From the IMG/VR virus record IMGVR_UViG_3300031920_000053, positions 1-46,259 of that record: a stretch of DNA of 46,259 nucleotides, one strand, 5' to 3'. Source of the stretch: a virus. A program made the position numbers and the translations under genes. Below the pieces are notes generated by a model. That model was not told where the DNA came from, did not search any database, and saw only the letters and a program-made list of their open reading frames with translations. This document shows positions 1-6,296 of the stretch, in pieces (the first letter of the stretch is position 1; each line of letters starts with the position of its first letter).

Positions 1-175
1 GCAGAGTATCCAGCTTTAATCGTTGCAGAGTATCCAGCTTTAATCGTTGCAGAGTATCCAGCTTTAATCGTTGCATAGTTTCCAGCTTTAATCGTTGCAT
101 AGTTTCTAGCGTCAATCGTTGCAGAGTATCCAGCTTTAATCGTTGCAGAGTATCCAGCTTTAATCGTTGCAGAGT
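1..175. repeat. Terminal direct repeat copy A. It is identical to 46085-46259 and consists of 7.3 copies of a 24-bp tandem unit (gcagagtatccagctttaatcgtt).
   Basis: Both ends read base by base. The order of unit variants is the same at both ends: 3 consensus, gcatagtttccagctttaatcgtt, gcatagtttctagcgtcaatcgtt, 2 consensus, then gcagagt. Confidence 0.9.
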
Positions 176-350
176 CTATCCAGCTAAAGTCAATTACTAG
201 ATCATCTTCCGCACTTGAAAAAGTGTTTGTTTTAGAATCCCAACTAAATTTTGATAAAGCTAGTTTTTTGCCGTTCTGCGATATTCGCTGCTGTACTTCT
301 TTCTTTGTTAGTGCTTTCATTCTTTCAGTTCCCTTTGTTGGTTTAATCAT
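1..350 (-). CDS. 5' part of the octapeptide-repeat protein gene. It runs off the left end and continues at 46084. The joined gene is 945 nt (314 aa). An alternative start is the ATG at 320.
   Basis: My translation from ATG 350..348 is MIKPTKGTERMKALTKKEVQQRISQNGKKLALSKFSWDSKTNTFSSAEDDLVIDFSWIDS followed by ATIKAGYS repeats. There is no stop before position 1. The frame matches the ORF at 45490 across the junction. Confidence 0.8.
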   Translation of the reverse strand, partial: MIKPTKGTERMKALTKKEVQQRISQNGKKLALSKFSWDSKTNTFSSAEDDLVIDFSWIDSATIKAGYSATIKAGYSATIDARNYATIKAGNYATIKAGYSATIKAGYSATIKAGYS

Positions 351-379
351 AGTATATACGGTCAAATAACAAAATGCAA
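351..379 (-). promoter_or_regulatory. Sigma70-like promoter for the repeat-protein gene (TTGCAT-N17-TATACT).
   Basis: On the minus strand, TTGCAT lies at 379..374, a 17-nt spacer follows, and TATACT lies at 356..351. The -10 abuts ATG 350, so the mRNA is either leaderless or translation starts at ATG 320. Confidence 0.45.
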
Positions 380-474
380 GCCCTTGTTTGAAAATATTTA
401 AGTTTTTTTAAGATATTTTAGGATTGAGTTCAAAAATCGCCATCGTTAATTAGGTTTTTAATGTCGGCAGGGTT

Positions 475-508
475 AAAAAAAGACCTCCAGGTGTTTAATC
501 TGAAGGTC
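475..508 (-). terminator. Rho-independent terminator on the minus strand.
   Basis: The minus-strand RNA forms GACCUUCAG / loop / CUGGAGGUC, a 9-bp stem with one G:U pair, followed by U7. On the plus strand the same position would be a C:A mismatch. Confidence 0.7.
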
Positions 509-560
509 TAAACCAAAAGAGAATGTAAGTGTCTAAGTCAATACTGTAACATGCTTTATC

Positions 561-725
561 TTATTTGTCAAGTTTGTTCCTTAATTTAATTTGCCTTTTG
601 CTATTATGGTTTATTGGTCTGCCTCCGAGCTTCCCGTTCTCGCGGTTCTTGGCTGCCTTCGCTTCGTCTAAGTGGATAATGCGCCCGCATAGCTTGCAGC
701 GTTCTTCTTGCCTTGTTCTGTCCAT
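561..725 (-). CDS. Small basic protein, 54 aa, with a GGRP motif (possible DNA binder).
   Basis: The ORF is absent from the track (<60 aa). A GGAGG lies 6 nt upstream of the ATG. Translation is MDRTRQEERCKLCGRIIHLDEAKAAKNRENGKLGGRPINHNSKRQIKLRNKLDK. Confidence 0.55.
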   Translation of the reverse strand: MDRTRQEERCKLCGRIIHLDEAKAAKNRENGKLGGRPINHNSKRQIKLRNKLDK

Positions 726-758
726 TGTTTAACCTCCATACTTTTTAATTAATATAAT

Positions 759-935
759 TTACTTCCGGGGAATTGCAAGCTTGTTTGCTTTGCTCCATTC
801 ATAAGTGCTGTTGTCGCGAGGATGTACTAATTCGACGTGTTCGCTCCACTCTTCACGCAAGTATGTGTCATATTGCTTGTCGCCCATGATTATATCAATA
901 CATCCATAACTTTTACATTTCACTTTCTCACTCAT
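759..935 (-). CDS. Hypothetical protein, 58 aa.
   Basis: The ORF is absent from the track. An AGGAGG precedes the ATG. Translation starts MSEKVKCKSYGCIDIIMGDKQYDTYLREEW. Confidence 0.55.
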   Translation of the reverse strand: MSEKVKCKSYGCIDIIMGDKQYDTYLREEWSEHVELVHPRDNSTYEWSKANKLAIPRK

Positions 936-946
936 CCCGCCCTCCT

Positions 947-1159
947 TTAGTTGTTACTGTCCATGGCTTCATTATGCGGATTTACCGATGGATTAGAAAC
1001 GCTTCCATTGTTTTGAATATCCGCCCAACTGTTTGAACAAAAACCGTCAACATGCAAAAGAAACGGAATTTCACCATCGGGCAATTCGATATGATTGGTT
1101 TCTCTTAAGATGCGCTGCACCTTGTCTGCAATTTCTCTTTTTTGTCTTACGCTAAACAT
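947..1159 (-). CDS. Hypothetical protein, 70 aa (start moved to the internal ATG).
   Basis: This is track ORF 947-1192. The internal start MFSVRQKREI is preceded by AAAGGAGAAGG. Confidence 0.6.
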   Translation of the reverse strand: MFSVRQKREIADKVQRILRETNHIELPDGEIPFLLHVDGFCSNSWADIQNNGSVSNPSVNPHNEAMDSNN

Positions 1160-1207
1160 GTTCCTTCTCCTTTTGTTATTTTCAATGTCCACTTTTAGTC
1201 CACTTTT

Positions 1208-1297
1208 TCATTTATCCTGCTCCCTGTGAATTTCTGTTAGTATCACAGATAGCAAAATCAAACATAAACCCGTAATTATTAGTATTTCGCCTAACAT
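1208..1297 (-). CDS. 29-aa hydrophobic peptide with a single predicted TM segment.
   Basis: A TAGGAGG lies 7 nt upstream of the ATG. Translation is MLGEILIITGLCLILLSVILTEIHREQDK. Confidence 0.4.
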   Translation of the reverse strand: MLGEILIITGLCLILLSVILTEIHREQDK

Positions 1298-1308
1298 TGT
1301 ATAACCTC

Positions 1309-1569
1309 CTAGTTATAAAATACTGTTACGCTGCAATCATAGCAGTTTGACGGTAGACCGAAAGCCGGAGCCGCAAACATGTCGGGGCTGTCGCTATTCG
1401 TGTCTATGCTGTAGTTGCTTACGTTGCTAAACTCTAACAAGTAGCCATTGAGCCAGTTGTCAACTGCTTGTATGTCGTCTGCTTCTATTCCTGAGCTGTC
1501 GCCATTTAGTAAGTACGGCAAAGCGTAACCAGGAATAAAAACGCCGTTTGTTGTGTCTACTTTTGACAT
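1309..1569 (-). CDS. Hypothetical protein, 86 aa.
   Basis: This is track ORF 1309-1599. The internal start MSKVDTTNG is preceded by AAAGGAGAAC. Confidence 0.6.
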   Translation of the reverse strand: MSKVDTTNGVFIPGYALPYLLNGDSSGIEADDIQAVDNWLNGYLLEFSNVSNYSIDTNSDSPDMFAAPAFGLPSNCYDCSVTVFYN

Positions 1570-1582
1570 GGTTCTCCTTTGG

Positions 1583-1792
1583 TTAAAAAGTGTCTGCATA
1601 AGCAGAAGCGCATAACAAATCGTTACTAGTGTATAGCTCTCCCGAAGTCATACAGCCAATAGAATCATTAAAATATACTACCGCATAACGTTTGCGCCCT
1701 CTGCTTATTGTCCATTTGAAAGATAATAAAGCGCCGTTTACTTCGTGGGTTTCTTTCTGCAATTTGTTTAAAACTGTCCTTTTAGTTTTCAT
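1583..1792 (-). CDS. Hypothetical protein, 69 aa.
   Basis: Track ORF with a purine-rich SD-like stretch upstream. Confidence 0.55.
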   Translation of the reverse strand: MKTKRTVLNKLQKETHEVNGALLSFKWTISRGRKRYAVVYFNDSIGCMTSGELYTSNDLLCASAYADTF

Positions 1793-1826
1793 CTTCCCTT
1801 TCCTTGCCCTTGCTCCTTTGGTTGGT

Positions 1827-1922
1827 TTATTTCAAAGGTGAGATATACACCTTTATTGTTTTTACTTGCTTAATTACCTGAACAACTTTACGACTAAGCG
1901 ACCTGTGATATATCTTACGCAT
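1827..1922 (-). CDS. Possible 31-aa basic peptide.
   Basis: A TGGAGG lies 8 nt upstream of the ATG. The ORF is short and contains a 7-bp hairpin, so the call is weak. Confidence 0.3.
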   Translation of the reverse strand: MRKIYHRSLSRKVVQVIKQVKTIKVYISPLK

Positions 1923-2000
1923 CTTAATTACCTCCAGTTGCTTTGGCGATTGCATCGTGTAATTTATTATAATGCCCTTTTAAATACCAGGGCTGAGGGG

Positions 2001-2336
2001 TTAAAGGTTTTCGGGTTTTAATAAGTAATCAGCTCCAGGCTCCAAGTAACAAGCTGTTCCTCTTTTAATCAACTTTTGAGATTCTTTTATTTTATCAGGT
2101 GGAAATAAATAAGATGAACGCATTTTAGTATATATTCCAGTAAGCACTAAGCTTCTTTTGGTTTGTATAAAATGCAATGAAATATTACAGCGGTCGCAAA
2201 TTGATTGTGTACTATCCTTGACCGCCTGCGGTACCTTATCTTGATTGCCTAGAGAATTGACTAGTTCTATAATGTCGCATTGCTCCGCTGTGGACAATCC
2301 GTATTCACTTAACGTTTCATTCATTGGCTTACTCAT
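2001..2336 (-). CDS. First gene of the leftward operon. Hypothetical protein, 111 aa.
   Basis: Track ORF with AAGGAGG upstream. It lies directly downstream of a consensus promoter. Confidence 0.7.
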   Translation of the reverse strand: MSKPMNETLSEYGLSTAEQCDIIELVNSLGNQDKVPQAVKDSTQSICDRCNISLHFIQTKRSLVLTGIYTKMRSSYLFPPDKIKESQKLIKRGTACYLEPGADYLLKPENL

Positions 2337-2371
2337 GGCTTGCGCCTCCTTGGGTTATTGGTTTAGTATCT

Positions 2372-2400
2372 ATTATATAAGCTCTAGTGGTTATTGTCAA
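2372..2400 (-). promoter_or_regulatory. Perfect consensus sigma70/sigmaA promoter driving leftward transcription (TTGACA-N17-TATAAT).
   Basis: On the minus strand, TTGACA lies at 2400..2395, a 17-nt spacer follows, and TATAAT lies at 2377..2372, about 36 nt upstream of ATG 2336. Confidence 0.75.
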
Positions 2401-2488
2401 TAGCAAAAGTAAAGAAAATGCAAAAATAATTCAATCTTTTTTTTGCCGAGGTCATAACTATATACAGTATCAATGAGTTAGCTATTCG

Positions 2489-2693
2489 GTGAATTTATCA
2501 CTTCCGACGGAACTGTGCAAGGTGATAAAAACAAAAATAACAAACTGATAAAAATGGAAAAACCGACATCGCTGCTTAATTCGTAAGTCGTTGACAATAG
2601 CACTGTGTACGCTGAAAATAGTACAGACCAGTTCCGAATGTGATAAACTGATAAACCGACATTTTTAGGGGTGATAAATTTAATCGTTGATAG
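2489..2693. promoter_or_regulatory. Cluster of (G/C)TGATAAA iterons or operators flanking the rightward promoter.
   Basis: Direct copies start at 2522, 2545, 2640, 2648 and 2671. A degenerate copy TTGATAG lies at 2687. An inverted copy sits inside the imperfect palindrome GTGAATTTATCAC (2489-2501). AACCGACAT is repeated at 2561 and 2654. Confidence 0.6.
2591..2619 (+). promoter_or_regulatory. Candidate rightward promoter (TTGACA-N17-GAAAAT).
   Basis: It has a consensus -35 at 2591-2596, a 17-nt spacer and a weak -10 at 2614-2619. Confidence 0.4.
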
Positions 2694-2893
2694 TCAAGTA
2701 CTTAAGTGCGAAATGTCAGTTATCGCGCGAGCTATCTCTTATAGATCGAAAATAGGTGTGCTATTCTTTTACCTATTTCTTTTAACGTGTTTTTCACTTT
2801 ACCGCTGGGGCTGATTACAAACACTAAGAAACAGGGCGAAGATCAAACTATTTAGTTCCGCAAAAATAAATAAAAAGAATTATAATATAAAGT

Positions 2894-2921
2894 TTGAATA
2901 AATAACAATACATGATATATT
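2894..2921 (+). promoter_or_regulatory. Candidate promoter TTGAAT-N16-TATATT with an extended -10 TG.
   Basis: TTGAAT lies at 2894-2899, TG at 2913-2914 and TATATT at 2916-2921. Confidence 0.45.
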
Positions 2922-2952
2922 GAAAATATCGGCAAGATACAAAATAAATAAT

Positions 2953-2998
2953 AAGCTCTTTCTTGAATTCTTGCCGGTTCAAGTTTGAGCTTTTTTTT
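2953..2998 (+). terminator. Two-tier hairpin plus T8. It is a terminator or attenuator immediately upstream of the 3012 gene.
   Basis: AAGCTC (2953-58) pairs with GAGCTT (2987-92), and CTTGAA (2962-67) pairs with TTCAAG (2978-83). The T run is 2991-2998. Confidence 0.55.
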
Positions 2999-3011
2999 AT
3001 GGGGTGATATT

Positions 3012-3704
3012 ATGAAAGAGATTACTATTAACGAACAAGAAAAAGAAATTGTTGACCAAGAAGACTACGAAAGAATAAATGCCTTCAAATGGGAAATAGA
3101 TAATAAAACCGGAAAAGCTAAAAGAAAAGATAATAAAACTATCTCAATGGCTGATCAAGTTCTCGCTATAAATAAAACAACTCATTTTACTATATGTATT
3201 GACGGAAATAAATTAGATTGTAGAAAAAAAAATATATATAAAGTTAAAAGAAATACAGACAAAAAGATAAATACAGAACAAAGAAAAACAAAAATTAAAT
3301 CCGAAAAATGGTCCCTCTATCAATCCATTAATAAAAAACATGCTGATAAATTTATATTGGTTCATAACTACGGCAATATAAAACTTAGTAAAAGCATGGA
3401 CGACTTAGAAAATATTAAACGACTCCAAAAATATAGCTGCTGCCAGATTATTAAAGATACTATTGAATACACTACCCACGAATCATTTGACTGCGGAGAC
3501 TGTCAGATATATAAAAGAATAAAATACAATAGCGGAAAAAATACTAGTGATGTTTTTTATATCATAATTAATAATAACGCTTTTTGTCTATGTTATAATA
3601 ACAATAAAAAACATTTTATCGGCGGTCTTTCTAATTCTATAATAAAACAATATGATGAAAACATATTCGAATACATTAAAACATATGAGGCTATCAATGG
3701 CTAA
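3012..3704 (+). CDS. Degenerate HNH/AP2-like protein, 230 aa. It is a paralogue-like relative of the 31522 HNH endonuclease with the catalytic His replaced.
   Basis: VDQEDYERINAFKW matches VDDEDYQELIKYKW in the HNH gene. ICIDGNKLDCRKKNI matches DHINHNTLDNRKCNL. The start was moved from TTG 2985 to ATG 3012. Confidence 0.5.
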   Translation: MKEITINEQEKEIVDQEDYERINAFKWEIDNKTGKAKRKDNKTISMADQVLAINKTTHFTICIDGNKLDCRKKNIYKVKRNTDKKINTEQRKTKIKSEKWSLYQSINKKHADKFILVHNYGNIKLSKSMDDLENIKRLQKYSCCQIIKDTIEYTTHESFDCGDCQIYKRIKYNSGKNTSDVFYIIINNNAFCLCYNNNKKHFIGGLSNSIIKQYDENIFEYIKTYEAING

Positions 3705-4230
3705 AACTAAAACAAAAGCAAAATATAAATGGTGGAAGCATGAAAGAGAATTAAAAACATGGCGGCTATATCGGCTCGTTACTCGTTATTATGAATTTGA
3801 AAAACTATTAATTACTTACGGAAGGAAAAAAGAATATTATATAGAATGCAATCAAATCGATTCATCCTTTACTAGGTGTAAAGATTTCTACTATATTAGA
3901 CAATCTAAAGTGTGGGATGATATAAGCGCCGCTATTGATAATATGACACAGGATAATAAACATCACAATAACCGGCTTATATATCATTGTATCAATGCTG
4001 AAAGTGGTATCAATGACGAGTGGTCAACATGGGCGGTCATTATTAAAAATAAACCTATTAAGCTCGCATATTCGTGGACTCAAAACCGCTTCGCACAATC
4101 AAAGGATTGTGATAAAATTCTAAAGCTACATGATGGATTAAAAATATTCAATACCATTAAAGAAGCTGCAAATATTACTGAAGCAATCCCAGGAGTTACT
4201 CAACCTAAGCTTGCAATTCTGCAATTTTAG
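3697..4230 (+). CDS. Hypothetical protein, 177 aa, in the AT-rich island.
   Basis: This is track ORF 3652-4230. The ATG at 3697 has GAGG 7 nt upstream and overlaps the previous stop by 8 nt. Confidence 0.55.
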   Translation: MAKTKTKAKYKWWKHERELKTWRLYRLVTRYYEFEKLLITYGRKKEYYIECNQIDSSFTRCKDFYYIRQSKVWDDISAAIDNMTQDNKHHNNRLIYHCINAESGINDEWSTWAVIIKNKPIKLAYSWTQNRFAQSKDCDKILKLHDGLKIFNTIKEAANITEAIPGVTQPKLAILQF

Positions 4231-4266
4231 TTGTATTGTAAAACAAATTAATAAGGAGATCACAAA

Positions 4267-4812
4267 ATGAAAGATGATACTGTATTTCTGAATGCTGAAG
4301 ATACTATCGGCACTCACACAGCTCGCAGGCAGAGAACCATTAATAAGCTTTTACCGCTATTCAATCAGGGCTTTCCTGTTGTATACGCTTCAGGATTATC
4401 TAAGTGTGATATGATTATGCGCTATAACTTGTTGCTATACAGGTCGTTACACGGATACTTCGACTTCATCCATTGTAAAGATAAGGAGGAATACGAGAAG
4501 GAAGCATTCCGTACTTGTGGAATACTTCGCAGATTATCGGCTCGCATCTCTCAAGGTGGGCGTGTGCGTGCCCGAGTGAAGCCCCTCCAACCACTGGCGG
4601 ACGGCGACAATCACCCGGATAGCGCTGTTTCCGAGCAGATTACGATACCTTCTGCTATTACCTGCGATATATGCGGAAAGGATTTAGGAGTTGATGAGCG
4701 TTGCTGTTGCTTGCCTTCCCCTTCCGACACCATACGGCATGAGCTGAAGCAGGTAGAACCATCAATGAGGCAGCAGTTACTTAAGAACCTACTGGAGGAG
4801 CAGAACCAATGA
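4267..4812 (+). CDS. Hypothetical protein, 181 aa, with a Cys-rich C-terminal half.
   Basis: Track ORF with AAGGAG upstream. Confidence 0.65.
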   Translation: MKDDTVFLNAEDTIGTHTARRQRTINKLLPLFNQGFPVVYASGLSKCDMIMRYNLLLYRSLHGYFDFIHCKDKEEYEKEAFRTCGILRRLSARISQGGRVRARVKPLQPLADGDNHPDSAVSEQITIPSAITCDICGKDLGVDERCCCLPSPSDTIRHELKQVEPSMRQQLLKNLLEEQNQ

Positions 4813-5000
4813 ACGATCACCAACGTACAGCATACGAAGCAAACATCAGGTACAGAGAAGCAATGCAGCACACCGCGAACAAAGTGAGCAACAACAAGGG
4901 GTCGGATTCACAAGGGGCAAATCGGGGGCGTACCCCCAAAGTTCGTTTGCATGGCGCGGGGAAGGCATCAGCACGTACGAAATATAGTATTTTAAGGTAA
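4809..5000 (+). CDS. Small basic protein, 63 aa.
   Basis: Track ORF with an ATGA overlap with the upstream gene and GGAGGAG upstream. Confidence 0.5.
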   Translation: MNDHQRTAYEANIRYREAMQHTANKVSNNKGSDSQGANRGRTPKVRLHGAGKASARTKYSILR

Positions 5001-5038
5001 TCTAGGCAATTAAGCCTAAAATAACACAGGAGTCTCAA

Positions 5039-5401
5039 ATGAGAACAGTAGAAATTGGAAGTAAGAAATACACAGTTGTATTATGTCTGGATGATCCGGG
5101 AGCAGGTAACGCTTGTCATGAGTATGAGGTTATAGCCAATGAAGGTGTATCCTCTGGGAATAAAACTATGGCGTGGATAAGTTTCCAGAACGGGCCTATC
5201 AAAGAGAACGGAGTCAATGGCTGCCATCAGGAAGATTTGCTTGCTATTGTTTTGGATAGATTGCAATCTTTTCAAGCTGGTGATTACTCTTGTCGCGAAA
5301 ATGCGATCGCAGTCACAAAAATTGAAGAAGCTATGCTATGGCTTGGTAAAAGAACGCAAGATAGGATTAACCGTGGAGTTGAAGGTACTAGTATTAAGTA
5401 A
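5039..5401 (+). CDS. Conserved-looking phage protein of unknown function, 120 aa.
   Basis: Track ORF with AGGAG upstream. The C-terminal motif FQAGDYSCRENAIAVTKIEEAMLWLGKRTQDRINRGVEGT looks familiar from other phages, but I cannot name the family. Confidence 0.65.
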   Translation: MRTVEIGSKKYTVVLCLDDPGAGNACHEYEVIANEGVSSGNKTMAWISFQNGPIKENGVNGCHQEDLLAIVLDRLQSFQAGDYSCRENAIAVTKIEEAMLWLGKRTQDRINRGVEGTSIK

Positions 5402-5500
5402 TTTGTAAAACTCTGACCGCACGCATTAAAGTTATGATTGGCACTAGCGAAGTGCGGTTAACGGTTCGACACGCACGAAATATCTAACAAGGGTTAGAAT

Positions 5501-5874
5501 ATGATAAAGGAAAAGTTCAAGTTACCGATATTTAATACGGACTGTTATTTTTTTATGGTACCAATGATGAATTACAAGGGTGGTTTGCAGGGAATAGGAC
5601 ACTGAAGAGGAACGGCAATCCTGAATCATGTGAGGACAATTTTGGTGGAAATATAGTAAGTGGCAGTTATAATATAGTTTTTATAAATTCCAAGCATTTA
5701 AGTTTGGAAGATTGTTTTGGAACATTATCGCATGAGATAATTCACATGTCAGTTGGGATATTAAAATATTATAATGTTCCAATTAATGAGCATAATGACG
5801 AAGTCTTGGCGAGATTGGTTAAGTATTTATTTCAGAAGATGGAAAAGATAATCAGAAAAACAGGTAAAATATGA
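5501..5874 (+). CDS. HExxH metallopeptidase-like ORF split over two frames at a T7 run (5548-5554). It gives 124 aa if read with a -1 shift.
   Basis: The frame from ATG 5501 stops at 5603-5605 after 34 aa. The -1 frame is open from 5536 to 5874 without an upstream ATG and encodes ...GTLSHEIIHMSVG... The region has no ORF in the supplied track. Confidence 0.5.
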
Positions 5875-6296
5875 ACGAATTATCGAAGACGGATAAATTA
5901 CCTATACTGCGCAGGGGAGATTTGAGTGGCAAGGAGAGGACTGCTGTGGCTCGTTGGATATGGAGTGGAGGGGACGAGGGCAAGTTCAAGGATTTGGAGG
6001 GAATGAAGCGGACGCTGTGGCCATTGCTGAATACGGACAAGGTTAGGCGTTACATCAAGCAGTTAAGCGACAAGGGGGCTTGTTTGCCGTTGGTTGCTGA
6101 CAAGGAGGAGATCGAGCAGGTTTTGACGGGGAAAATCAGGAAATATAGTGATTTGGATAGCATGAAGCATTTGAGTGCGATGAAGGGTTATATACCGAAG
6201 GAATCGGGTGCAGGTGGTACAATCGTGCAGATATTGCTTACAGGTCAGATCGGAGTACCTGTTGTTAATTTACAAGACGAGGTGATAGATGTCTAA
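5871..6296 (+). CDS. Putative small terminase subunit, 141 aa.
   Basis: The call rests on position immediately upstream of, and overlapping, the large terminase, plus size. No motif was recognised. Confidence 0.45.
   Translation: MNELSKTDKLPILRRGDLSGKERTAVARWIWSGGDEGKFKDLEGMKRTLWPLLNTDKVRRYIKQLSDKGACLPLVADKEEIEQVLTGKIRKYSDLDSMKHLSAMKGYIPKESGAGGTIVQILLTGQIGVPVVNLQDEVIDV

Noticed and set aside
1-175. The 24-bp tandem repeats considered as a CRISPR array.
   Set aside because: The units are contiguous with no spacers. They are in-frame coding sequence (8-aa periodicity) and no cas genes are present.
1833-1853. The hairpin AAAGGTG/CACCTTT with a T-rich tail on the plus strand, considered as a terminator.
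   Set aside because: It is oriented for plus-strand termination inside a minus-strand operon with no plus-strand promoter upstream. On the minus strand it lacks a U tract.
2985-3011. The TTG start at 2985 for the first island gene.
   Set aside because: These codons lie inside the terminator stem and its T8 run. ATG 3012 follows a GGGGTGA SD-like sequence.
5416-5477. ACCGCAC / GTGCGGT / CGCAC segments able to form mutually exclusive hairpins upstream of the split HExxH gene, considered as a pac site or riboswitch-like element.
   Set aside because: The stems are only 5-7 bp with long loops and no flanking T tract. This cannot be distinguished from chance by eye, though it is worth a look if termini map here.
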